The position numbers and the translations under genes were made by a program. The notes under the pieces were generated by a model. The model made no database searches and had not been told where the DNA came from. It saw only the letters and a list, made by a program, of their open reading frames with translations. A stretch of DNA of 64,000 bases from a virus (taxonomy: Duplodnaviria; Heunggongvirae; Uroviricota; Caudoviricetes). The DNA lies in IMG/VR virus record IMGVR_UViG_2541047712_000002, one strand, 5' to 3'. Shown here piece after piece: positions 50,001 to 58,308 of this stretch. Every line of letters begins with the position of its first letter. Position 1 is the stretch's first letter.

Positions 50001-50644
50001 TGGATTACCGGATTGGGATCACTGGTGCTCAGGGCAGTGGGAAAACAACCCTGGCTAAATATATCGACAAACATTACGGAATCCCTTACGTGGATGCTGG
50101 TGTCGGAAGTTTGATGAGCCGCCTCGGTGTTCGAGTAGGTGAGTCTATGCCTCTATATGAGCGGCTTCAGATTCAAATGGAAATAGCAAAGCATATAGAG
50201 CTACTTACACGTGGTGTTGAAGGCTTTGTTATCGATCGCACACCTGCTGATGTTATGGCCTACACGTTGGATTTGGTTGGCCATACAAATGAAGATCGGT
50301 GTATTGAGTTAGCCCTCGATATCGAAAAGTTTTGCCACAAAACTGCTATTTCAAACTTTAACGCCATTGCTGGCCTACGCCCGGGGGTCGCTCTCTCAGA
50401 GCGAGATTACTTGCGATCACAACGAGCATCATTAGACCGTCTGTATGTCGCTCGTATTGATGCGTTGATGTGCGGGGAACTGACAAAAATTCACCTGCAT
50501 CCGCAAAGGGGAGATCTGCAAACCTTCGTCGTTTCCAACCGATATCGCACGGTTGAAGCAAGAGCCAGATCAGTGATGAGAATGCTAGATAACGCTGTAG
50601 AAAAGATAGAAAACCGGTTCTGTGGCCGAGTAACCGTTCATTAG
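50000..50644 (+). CDS. P-loop nucleotide kinase (dNMP-kinase-like), tentative
   Basis: Walker A GITGAQGSGKTT at N-terminus, about 214 aa, TAATG coupling to the DHFR gene. Confidence 0.5.
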   Translation: MDYRIGITGAQGSGKTTLAKYIDKHYGIPYVDAGVGSLMSRLGVRVGESMPLYERLQIQMEIAKHIELLTRGVEGFVIDRTPADVMAYTLDLVGHTNEDRCIELALDIEKFCHKTAISNFNAIAGLRPGVALSERDYLRSQRASLDRLYVARIDALMCGELTKIHLHPQRGDLQTFVVSNRYRTVEARARSVMRMLDNAVEKIENRFCGRVTVH

Positions 50645-50705
50645 AAATTGTTCGCCTCTTCGACATTGCGACAATAAAACTCTCAAAATGGGTTAAGGAT
50701 AAAAA

Positions 50706-51125
50706 ATGTTTAGTGAAATGTTACTTGAAGATGAACTGGATCGGAAAACAACAGAGGCTTTGATTCGTGTAGCGGACGAACATTCCCGGTCGCTTATGAG
50801 CGATCGAGAGGCTCGTCTGGCTATTCGTACCGTATTCGAAATTGCGCAAGGGCTTGTTGGCGCACAAGTAGGTGAAGCCATTAACATCGCCATGTCTCAG
50901 TTCAGTGAAGACAGTAAAAAGCCTCTGTTTCCTATGCATTTGATGCTGGCTGGTGGCACGGTGCTTTATATCTCTGTTTGTCTGGATAGCAACCAAATCA
51001 ATATTCTCAACACTGCGTCAGGTAAGTGGAAAGATCCGATTGTCTGTGAAACCAGTGAAGAAACTTTGAAAAAAGCGGCTCAATTTGTACGTAGCGCACT
51101 ACTTAAGGGCGCTAAGAAGTTGTAA
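50706..51125 (+). CDS. hypothetical protein
   Basis: 139-aa ORF. Confidence 0.4.
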   Translation: MFSEMLLEDELDRKTTEALIRVADEHSRSLMSDREARLAIRTVFEIAQGLVGAQVGEAINIAMSQFSEDSKKPLFPMHLMLAGGTVLYISVCLDSNQINILNTASGKWKDPIVCETSEETLKKAAQFVRSALLKGAKKL

Positions 51126-51134
51126 GGAGTTCTG

Positions 51135-51689
51135 ATGACAACGATTGTTGCAGGCATCGATATCGAGTCTACGGGACTGGATTTCCTTGCTGGTCATAAA
51201 ATTATTGAAATCGCAATTACCCGCTATGAACTGGAGACACAGACAATGGTTGATAGTTTTGTAATGCGGTTCAACCCGCGTCGCAGTATCGATCCGAAAG
51301 CGCAAGCGGTACACGGCATCAGTCTTGAAGATTTAGCCGCCGAGCCGTTACTAGCCGATCACGCTTCATCTGTCGCTTCGTATCTCTCTTCTTCCGATAT
51401 TTGGATAGCCCACAACGGCGAAGCGTTCGATATTCCGTTTATTAGGCATGAGCTGAAAAGTTACGGTTTTTCGCTTCCAGACATCCCATTGATTGACACT
51501 ATATTTTCCCTGTGGGCCACAGAAGACGGTAAACGTCCCCGCCTTGAAGAGTTGGCCTTCTCTCTTGGCTTTATGTACGATCATACTAAAGCACATAGTG
51601 CCTTATATGACACAAACTTAATGATGCAATGCTTCTTTAAGGCACGTAATAAGTACGGATTTTTTAAATTACCCTCTGAAATTGTGTAA
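51135..51689 (+). CDS. DnaQ-like 3'-5' exonuclease (DEDDh)
   Basis: Exo I GIDIESTG, Exo II AHNGEAFDIPF, Exo III HSALYDT. Confidence 0.8.
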   Translation: MTTIVAGIDIESTGLDFLAGHKIIEIAITRYELETQTMVDSFVMRFNPRRSIDPKAQAVHGISLEDLAAEPLLADHASSVASYLSSSDIWIAHNGEAFDIPFIRHELKSYGFSLPDIPLIDTIFSLWATEDGKRPRLEELAFSLGFMYDHTKAHSALYDTNLMMQCFFKARNKYGFFKLPSEIV

Positions 51690-51849
51690 AACAAAAGCCT
51701 GCTTTAAAGAGAGTTTAAAGCAGGCTTTCTTTTAAAGAACAGCCGCCTTTCAATCATTTCCTGCCTGTATTTAATACTTTTCCGCCTGATAGGTTTAGTC
51801 AAAATGTAGCTATCGAAACGCAAATGTAACCAAGCAGAAGGAGACTTAC

Positions 51850-52659
51850 ATGAGTTCGGTTGAAAATGTAATGACAAATGATGATCTGGACGAGCTGACA
51901 GCCATGTTGCAATCACTTGATGAACCAGTAAAAAAAGCCGCACAGGTTGAAAATACTGATGATATTGACGATCTGCTGCTCGGCCTCGATGCTGGCGTAG
52001 CCATGAGTTCTGATGATGTTGCCGAAGAACTGTTCAATGAAGAAAAAGCAGGTGATTTCAGCTCTGCTTTAAATGAGTTGGAGTTAGCGCATGAGCCTAT
52101 AAACGTAATTAACGCTGAAAGTGTTGAATCTGCCGAAAACGAGCCAGAACAATTGGGATTGATTGAGGTTGAAGAGTGTGTTGATGTTAATGATGAATTA
52201 AAAGTTCAACAGTCAAATGATAGCAACACAAATAAAAAAGCGCGTACTGCAAGAGGTCCTCGTTTTACTTTAAGTGATAAAGATGATTCGTTTTTCAATA
52301 AAGCAGGATTAGAAACAGATATTTTCTTAGACGCTTACGAAAACGCGCCTGTCAAAGCAAAGGATAAGATATTAAACCTTCTTAATTGGTTTAGCGGAGG
52401 TCCAGATATTAGTGTTTACACGGTAATTTCCATGAGACACCTTCTCACAGAAAAGAAGGCTACAAGTAATAGTATTAAGATTGCTTTAATGAGCAATCCA
52501 GAAAAACCGTATCCGCTTAACACTGCGTCAACTCAGGCTGGGCAAATGATGGCTGTATTTCCAGCGACAGGAGTTGCCGTTAGAGACGGTGGAAATCTAA
52601 CATTGAACGAAGAATCACCGATCGTTAAGAAGTTTGTAGCGGAGTACACTATTGGATGA
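51850..52659 (+). CDS. acidic protein (possible DNA-mimic / anti-restriction), tentative
   Basis: N-terminal half very rich in Asp/Glu; sits directly upstream of the Dam-like MTase. Confidence 0.4.
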   Translation: MSSVENVMTNDDLDELTAMLQSLDEPVKKAAQVENTDDIDDLLLGLDAGVAMSSDDVAEELFNEEKAGDFSSALNELELAHEPINVINAESVESAENEPEQLGLIEVEECVDVNDELKVQQSNDSNTNKKARTARGPRFTLSDKDDSFFNKAGLETDIFLDAYENAPVKAKDKILNLLNWFSGGPDISVYTVISMRHLLTEKKATSNSIKIALMSNPEKPYPLNTASTQAGQMMAVFPATGVAVRDGGNLTLNEESPIVKKFVAEYTIG

Positions 52660-52746
52660 CGTCCCCCTACTGAAAATAAAGCCCATAGAGAGCTTTATAG
52701 TGCTGGGTAAGCCAATCACATATCCAGCACCACAAAAACGCGCCAG

Positions 52747-52792
52747 AGAGCTTCTCGTTTGCATTTCTGGCGCGTTTTATTTGATTGCCAGA
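52747..52792 (+). terminator. terminator hairpin
   Basis: 11-bp stem aacgcgccaga/tctggcgcgtt followed by TTATTTG. Confidence 0.5.
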
Positions 52793-52842
52793 CATAAAAT
52801 CAAATGCAAAAATAGGTAATCACTTACCTATCGAGAAAGAAG

Positions 52843-53436
52843 ATGATTGCAGCCGAAAAAATCAAACAGCGAAAGCGCGACAACTCTCTTCGTGACCTCT
52901 GGAGAACACCTGATTGGCTGTTTTCTGCCATTCAACGTTATCTTGGAGTGACATTTGATGTTGACGTTGCCTGCAACAAGGACAACGCAAAGCTGCCTAA
53001 TTTCATAGGCATTGAGCGTGATGCTTTGAAATCTGAATGGGGACAGCCAGGTACAATTGCCTTCCTCAATCCACCCTACTCCAAAATCTCCCCCTGGATT
53101 GATGCTGCTATACGTGAGCAGGCTCGCGGAGTTACAACAGTGATGCTAATTCCTCAATCCCTCGATACAAAGTGGTATGAGCGTGCAACAGAGTATGCGA
53201 ATGAGACGATTATTCTGTCTGGTGGCCGCGTAGCGTTTGTCGAGCCTGACGTCAATTTGGGTCAGGTAGAAGTAAACATCAACCCCGGTGGCAGTATGCT
53301 CGTTGTTTTTCGAGGATTCTGTCAGGACGCTGGGCACTCTATAAGCAAGATCCCTTTGGACGTCATGAAAAGTCTGGGAGGGTATGATCCTGCGAATGTG
53401 ATCAGGAAAAAAAGACCATCAAAGAAGGCTGCTTAG
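52843..53436 (+). CDS. DNA N6-adenine methyltransferase (small phage Dam-like)
   Basis: NPPY catalytic motif (AFLNPPYSK), N-terminal LWRTPDWLF pattern, 197 aa. Confidence 0.65.
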   Translation: MIAAEKIKQRKRDNSLRDLWRTPDWLFSAIQRYLGVTFDVDVACNKDNAKLPNFIGIERDALKSEWGQPGTIAFLNPPYSKISPWIDAAIREQARGVTTVMLIPQSLDTKWYERATEYANETIILSGGRVAFVEPDVNLGQVEVNINPGGSMLVVFRGFCQDAGHSISKIPLDVMKSLGGYDPANVIRKKRPSKKAA

Positions 53437-53597
53437 TTTGTTCTGGCGTCTGTAATTAGCCTGCTTCTGTATATATAAATAACTACATATTAATTATTAA
53501 TATACGGAAGCAGGCTGTTTTGTATCAGAGACTCCAGACCTGAACATCACTACAGAATCCACTAGAACCCCTTCCCAGACGCTTTAAAATCGATTTT

Positions 53598-53852
53598 ATG
53601 AACCACTTTAAGGAAACCAACATGTCATACCCGACTAATGTCGTTGCGCTCGTAGAGAGCGATTTTCTGGCCCAGGCTCGTGAAATGATGAAAGATCGTG
53701 AGCAGGCTTTCAACTTGTACGAGTGGGCAATTAAGTGCTTGCATCTTGGCGAGCATCGCGAACTTGTTGAACAGCTTTTAGGTGAGTTGATCAATGAGGT
53801 GTTTGCCTTGAATGTTCAACTACATGGTCGAGAAAATAATCAATCACAATGA
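53598..53852 (+). CDS. hypothetical protein
   Basis: 84-aa ORF. Confidence 0.35.
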   Translation: MNHFKETNMSYPTNVVALVESDFLAQAREMMKDREQAFNLYEWAIKCLHLGEHRELVEQLLGELINEVFALNVQLHGRENNQSQ

Positions 53853-53879
53853 TAGATAAGTACAAACTATTTATAAAGT

Positions 53880-54380
53880 GAATTGTAAGTGCTAAGATCT
53901 GATAGTTTCCAGTCGTAGACTGGAGACTCGACCTGATGGGTGGGGGTAAGCGTCACTGGCGTCAGGTTTAAAAAAGCTCACTACCAGCGTAGAACCGGTG
54001 CCGTTTAGGTGTCGGGGAAGGGGGAACCAAAGTGAGCAGAGACAAGGGTCACTTTATGATTGTCGAGTCTGGGGTGTTTCGAGAGGTTGAATCCAGTACT
54101 CCCCTTCATAAAGTGTGGGAAGATCTCGGTTCTGGGGTGCTGTCATCCATAACTTCCCAAGTCTAAGCTGGCAGTAGACTTAGACCATAGCTTTTCAGGT
54201 TATGAAACGACCAGGTTGGTGAGGAATTTTATACTCACCTCCCTGGGAGAGTATTACCTGAAAAGACAACCTCTCACTTCGTTCGAGGTGAACTTCACTC
54301 ACTTCGTTCGTTCAGTTCAGGTTTATAAAAACCTGTTCTGGGAAGTAATTTGTTTATTTTAATAATTATTAACACGCACG
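53880..54380. other. ORF-free ~500-nt region with local hairpins; candidate structured ncRNA
   Basis: no ORF of 60 aa or more on either strand; several short inverted repeats and a tandem cacttcgttcg repeat. Confidence 0.2.
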
Positions 54381-54434
54381 CGTGTGCGCACGCGCGAGGA
54401 AAAAATCGGCGCGGCGCTTGATTCAGGAGTTTAT

Positions 54435-55028
54435 ATGACGACGAAGACACCAGCCCGATCGCAAGCAAAAACTCGCAAAAAAGCCAAAAACAAAAAATCT
54501 CCCCGCACCAATCCCACAACGCCTGTCGTAGAGTTCAATCCCCAGCTCAAAACCGTGAAAATCTTTAGTGATGGCTCTTGCCTTAAAAATCCGGGTGGCC
54601 CGGGCGGTTACGGTATCGTTCTCCAGTATCGTGGTGAGGAACGCGAGTTCTCAGATGGTTTTCATAGCACCACCAATAACCGCATGGAGATGATGGGCGC
54701 ACTTATCGGGCTGGAGCGTTTGAAATATCCATGCAACGTTATTTTGTACTCTGATAGCCAGTATCTGAAAAACGGCATGACACAGTGGATGAAATGGTGG
54801 AAACGTAATGGATGGATGACTTCTGATAAAAAACCGGTAAAGAATGTTGATCTGTGGAAACGTCTGGATGAGGCCGCAAGTCGACATAATGTTCGCTGGA
54901 AGTGGGTTAAAGGTCACGCCGGGCATCGTGAAAATGAAATATGTGATCGACTCGCGAAGATCGCAGCTTTTTCAGCAGCAGATATGCCTCACAAGAAAGA
55001 TATTGGTTTTGTTTATAACAAGTGGTAA
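54435..55028 (+). CDS. rnhA: ribonuclease HI with N-terminal basic extension
   Basis: [20 protein letters not shown]..., [31 protein letters not shown] match RNase HI; about 40 Lys/Arg/Thr/Pro-rich residues precede the core; start taken at ATG 54435. Confidence 0.85.
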   Translation: MTTKTPARSQAKTRKKAKNKKSPRTNPTTPVVEFNPQLKTVKIFSDGSCLKNPGGPGGYGIVLQYRGEEREFSDGFHSTTNNRMEMMGALIGLERLKYPCNVILYSDSQYLKNGMTQWMKWWKRNGWMTSDKKPVKNVDLWKRLDEAASRHNVRWKWVKGHAGHRENEICDRLAKIAAFSAADMPHKKDIGFVYNKW

Positions 55029-55173
55029 GTAAGTGTTTACCTATCATTTTAAATCATGTATCTTATCAGCGTCAGGATGACAATGTGTCGGTAAGACACA
55101 GTTCCAGGATGGAACGAGAAAGGCGGCTGGCAATCGCCAGCCGCAACTCTTTCTGACACTGGATGGAGTCCAC

Positions 55174-55668
55174 ATGGCACGTCAAACCTATTTCACTTCT
55201 GCAACTAAACGTCCTCGTTCTTTACGTCAAATTTTGGCCGAATTGTTTAGCGGTCGTGTTATGTCACGTCTTGATGAACTAGAGACTACCGTTCGGTTGC
55301 TGAATGAACGTTTAGATAATCAAGCGTCAGTTGTTGCGAACGTGGGGGCGATTGTTGCCTCTGGTTCTTCACGCGAAGCGAAAAGTACACGGCCTTTAGT
55401 GAAGGAGAAAAACAACAAGGACAGTTCGAATGGAAAATTTTCAAAGAAAGAGGCTGAAACCAATGGCCTACGTTCTCATTATAGTTTCACTGGCGACGGT
55501 AGCCGTTCCAGCCGGCCAGAGCCTTTTGATGCCGGGTTCATCCATCACCACACCTCCGTCGACGACAATTACCACCACTCCAGTAGAGCGTCCTGTCACT
55601 CTGGATGGGATGACGGTGGATGCGATACCTCAAGTTCATCCGGTTACTCAGGATCATGCTGTGACTAA
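55174..55668 (+). CDS. hypothetical protein with Cys/His/Ser-rich C-terminal tail
   Basis: 164 aa; tail HHHTSVDDNYHHSSRASCHSGWDDGGCDTSSSSGYSGSCCD; an alternative-frame ORF 55430..55681 overlaps it. Confidence 0.35.
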   Translation: MARQTYFTSATKRPRSLRQILAELFSGRVMSRLDELETTVRLLNERLDNQASVVANVGAIVASGSSREAKSTRPLVKEKNNKDSSNGKFSKKEAETNGLRSHYSFTGDGSRSSRPEPFDAGFIHHHTSVDDNYHHSSRASCHSGWDDGGCDTSSSSGYSGSCCD

Positions 55669-55677
55669 GGCGGTTGT

Positions 55678-55866
55678 ATGAACTGGTTTTCAAATCACTT
55701 TGGAAAAATTTGGCTGGCAATTCTTGCCCTCATGGCCGCCGGTTGGGTATCGAACATTATAAAACTTGTTTGCTCTGGCGATCTCCAGTTTCAGGCTGGC
55801 ATGACCTTGGCTCGTGTAGTTGGGATTTTTGTTTTTCCAGTCGGTTCGGTACTTGGTTATTTCTGA
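55678..55866 (+). CDS. small membrane protein
   Basis: 62 aa, two hydrophobic helices. Confidence 0.35.
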   Translation: MNWFSNHFGKIWLAILALMAAGWVSNIIKLVCSGDLQFQAGMTLARVVGIFVFPVGSVLGYF

Positions 55867-55959
55867 CGGCTGTTAGTGCATATGCATTGACCATCTTTGC
55901 GTAAGCAATTTATGAAACTATAAAACAACTTGTTTTGACAAATAACAAAAGGAAAACAC

Positions 55960-56385
55960 ATGTTAGGTTTCTTCAAAAAGAAAACTCGTAAAGCAGTTAT
56001 CGAAGTCAAAAAAATGGAGAACCGTGATGCGGTTGAGGCCACCGTGTGGGGCGCGTACATGATCTCCTATGCCGACGGCACATGTGACGCAAAAGAAATT
56101 GCCATTCTTGAGAAGACAATTGCAGCTCTGCCTGCGTTTTCTCCGTTTGCTGGTGAAATTGCCCAAATGAGCGCCAATATCCGAGCTCGTTACGAAGCGT
56201 CCCCTCGTTCTGCTAATGCACAGGCTATTCGTGAGCTGTCTGATATTGCGGGTACTCCAGAGGCGGTCGATGTTCTGTGTCTGTGCCTTGATATTGCCGA
56301 TCAGGATGGCATTGGTGAACAAGAAGAGCAGGCACTGAAAAAGATCGCCCAGGCGCTTCAGTTGTCACTGGATGCTTATCTCTAA
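55960..56385 (+). CDS. TerB-like domain protein, tentative
   Basis: YMISYADGTCDAKEIAILEKTIAAL and LCLCLDIADQDGIGEQEEQALKKIAQALQL repeat pattern typical of TerB. Confidence 0.5.
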   Translation: MLGFFKKKTRKAVIEVKKMENRDAVEATVWGAYMISYADGTCDAKEIAILEKTIAALPAFSPFAGEIAQMSANIRARYEASPRSANAQAIRELSDIAGTPEAVDVLCLCLDIADQDGIGEQEEQALKKIAQALQLSLDAYL

Positions 56386-56546
56386 TGCTTGAGAGATTCC
56401 GGCTTGTGATCGTCATTGCTCTTCTGGTGATGGCGGTGTTGGTGGATTTTACGGGAAAGATGATGTCTGTCATTTCTGATGGCGTCCTCATTGGTTTGGC
56501 GATCTACTTCGCTTATCCGCTAGTCCGTAAAGCAACGTGTTAATGA
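56385..56546 (+). CDS. small membrane protein (53 aa, not in ORF track)
   Basis: TAATG overlap with the TerB-like stop; hydrophobic MLERFRLVIVIALLVMAVLV... Confidence 0.3.
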
Positions 56547-56682
56547 CAAGGGCCAAATGGCCCTTGTGTTTCGTTGACCGAAATAGAGAGTTTGCACCTT
56601 TACGTTTAGCTTGCTCCCCTTTTATGCCACATCACAATAAAGCCAATAAGAAAACAACTTGTTTAAGCATTAGGAAAAACAC

Positions 56683-57252
56683 ATGTGCAAGAAATGCAAA
56701 GCGATAGCTGATGAACAAAACGCCTTATTCGAAGAAATGGATGCTAATGAACTGGTCAAAATGTTAGCCATTCTTCGAGGAATAGAAGACGTTTCCATAT
56801 TTGAGAGAGTGGTTACAGCACTTAATTTTGAGTCCACCTTTGAAGAGCCAACTCAGGTTGTAGCTTTAGCACATCATTTCGGTGTTCATTATCTTGCTGA
56901 AAAAGAGCGCGCTGATAAGTTGCAGGCGACTTTGGATATGGTGAGCGAGACTCAACGAACTGATGACACTAACAAGAGTGAGGCGATTATTGCCAGCAAA
57001 GATCGTGAAATTGCTGGGCTTAAATCCTCTCTAACGATGTTGATGTCTGCGTTCAATCTTATGTCTTCTCAGGCGGGTTATAAAATGCCATCACTAAACA
57101 GCGATGATCCGATGGCCGTTCGTCAGCTTTTGGGAGCAATGGCCGACCAACTCGACGACACAAAGAGTCGCCTTGAAGACATGATGCGTGAGTTAAGCCA
57201 TCGACATAATCTCGCAACACAACCACACAAAGTCTTTCAAAGCTCTAATTGA
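56683..57252 (+). CDS. hypothetical protein
   Basis: 189-aa ORF with AACAACTTGTTTAAG and GGAAAAACACATG upstream context. Confidence 0.45.
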   Translation: MCKKCKAIADEQNALFEEMDANELVKMLAILRGIEDVSIFERVVTALNFESTFEEPTQVVALAHHFGVHYLAEKERADKLQATLDMVSETQRTDDTNKSEAIIASKDREIAGLKSSLTMLMSAFNLMSSQAGYKMPSLNSDDPMAVRQLLGAMADQLDDTKSRLEDMMRELSHRHNLATQPHKVFQSSN

Positions 57253-57306
57253 TCTGATATGGCCGCATGATCGGCCATATTGTGTTGATAAAAACAAGGG
57301 TGAAAA

Positions 57307-57588
57307 ATGTCATACGGTACAGGGATTTACAACAATAAAGGAATTAACGTTACTGGCTTCCTTACACCTATTTTTTTTCTTGATCGATTTACGGCGTCAT
57401 CAGGCTCTAAGACGTACTCTAATCCGCCACCGGGTAAATCACTACATGCCGTGTGGTCATTAATGCCTCTTAACAACGACAACTACATCAATTTACCTGT
57501 TCCAAATGTTACTATTAATGGAAATACGGTTAGTTGGTCAAATTTATATACGGGGCTTGGTTCTTACATATACACATACTGGGGATAA
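57307..57588 (+). CDS. hypothetical protein (AT-rich)
   Basis: 93-aa ORF, low GC. Confidence 0.35.
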   Translation: MSYGTGIYNNKGINVTGFLTPIFFLDRFTASSGSKTYSNPPPGKSLHAVWSLMPLNNDNYINLPVPNVTINGNTVSWSNLYTGLGSYIYTYWG

Positions 57589-57590
57589 TT

Positions 57591-58205
57591 ATGTTCGGGA
57601 TGTCAATTACTCAATCAGATGGAAGTTTGTGGATGAGTCCAGAATTTACTCCGCAAAATCTTATTAATAAAGGGACAATGTCTACATCTAAAGGTTCTGT
57701 TTTTCAAACATCAATCCCATCAAACAAATCATGTTTTTTTTTCATAAAAAGCAGTAATAAGGCGAACATGATGTTTATTCATGAGCATAGTAACGGATAC
57801 AATGCTCTCAGATTGCATCAGGTAAATGGTAGCCCCGGAACAATAACAGTTTATGCTTTTTCTGATATGGTGTTACCACATTCTGGCTATGGCATTGCCA
57901 TGTATAACAGCGCAGGCGCAATGGTGTATCACGGTGAGATGATGCCCCTTGATGCGAAACTTATCACTATTTCTGACCCTCAATTTACAATAGATATGGG
58001 GTATCCATGTGCGGTAATGCCTGCTATGGTTGGAGTATATAACTATAGACGAACCGATTACGACAGACCTGTCTATGTAACAATGACAGGTGCAACTGGA
58101 AACCAAGTATATAACGGTCAATGGTATTCCGGTAATGTCACATGGGATATTAAGAAGATTTATACAAACAAAATTCTGGTGATAAATACCTCCAAGTATG
58201 ATTAG
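57591..58205 (+). CDS. hypothetical protein (AT-rich)
   Basis: about 204 aa from ATG 57591 after the preceding stop; low GC. Confidence 0.4.
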   Translation: MFGMSITQSDGSLWMSPEFTPQNLINKGTMSTSKGSVFQTSIPSNKSCFFFIKSSNKANMMFIHEHSNGYNALRLHQVNGSPGTITVYAFSDMVLPHSGYGIAMYNSAGAMVYHGEMMPLDAKLITISDPQFTIDMGYPCAVMPAMVGVYNYRRTDYDRPVYVTMTGATGNQVYNGQWYSGNVTWDIKKIYTNKILVINTSKYD

Positions 58206-58308
58206 CCAATGCCTTTATTTGAAGGATTGCCTGTTTATTTCTATTTAGTACCTTTTCATTTTTGAAATAATTGCACCATTAAACAAATCACTTCTTAATG
58301 GTGCAATT

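Noticed and set aside
53880-54380. Group I/II intron or retron ncRNA in the ORF-free region
   Set aside because: Not inserted in a gene, no reverse transcriptase or intron-encoded protein nearby, and no recognisable conserved intron elements by eye; left as an unclassified candidate ncRNA.
55174-55866. Holin/spanin lysis cassette
   Set aside because: No endolysin gene nearby, no lipobox in the embedded ORF, and the context is nucleotide metabolism; kept only as a low-interest observation.
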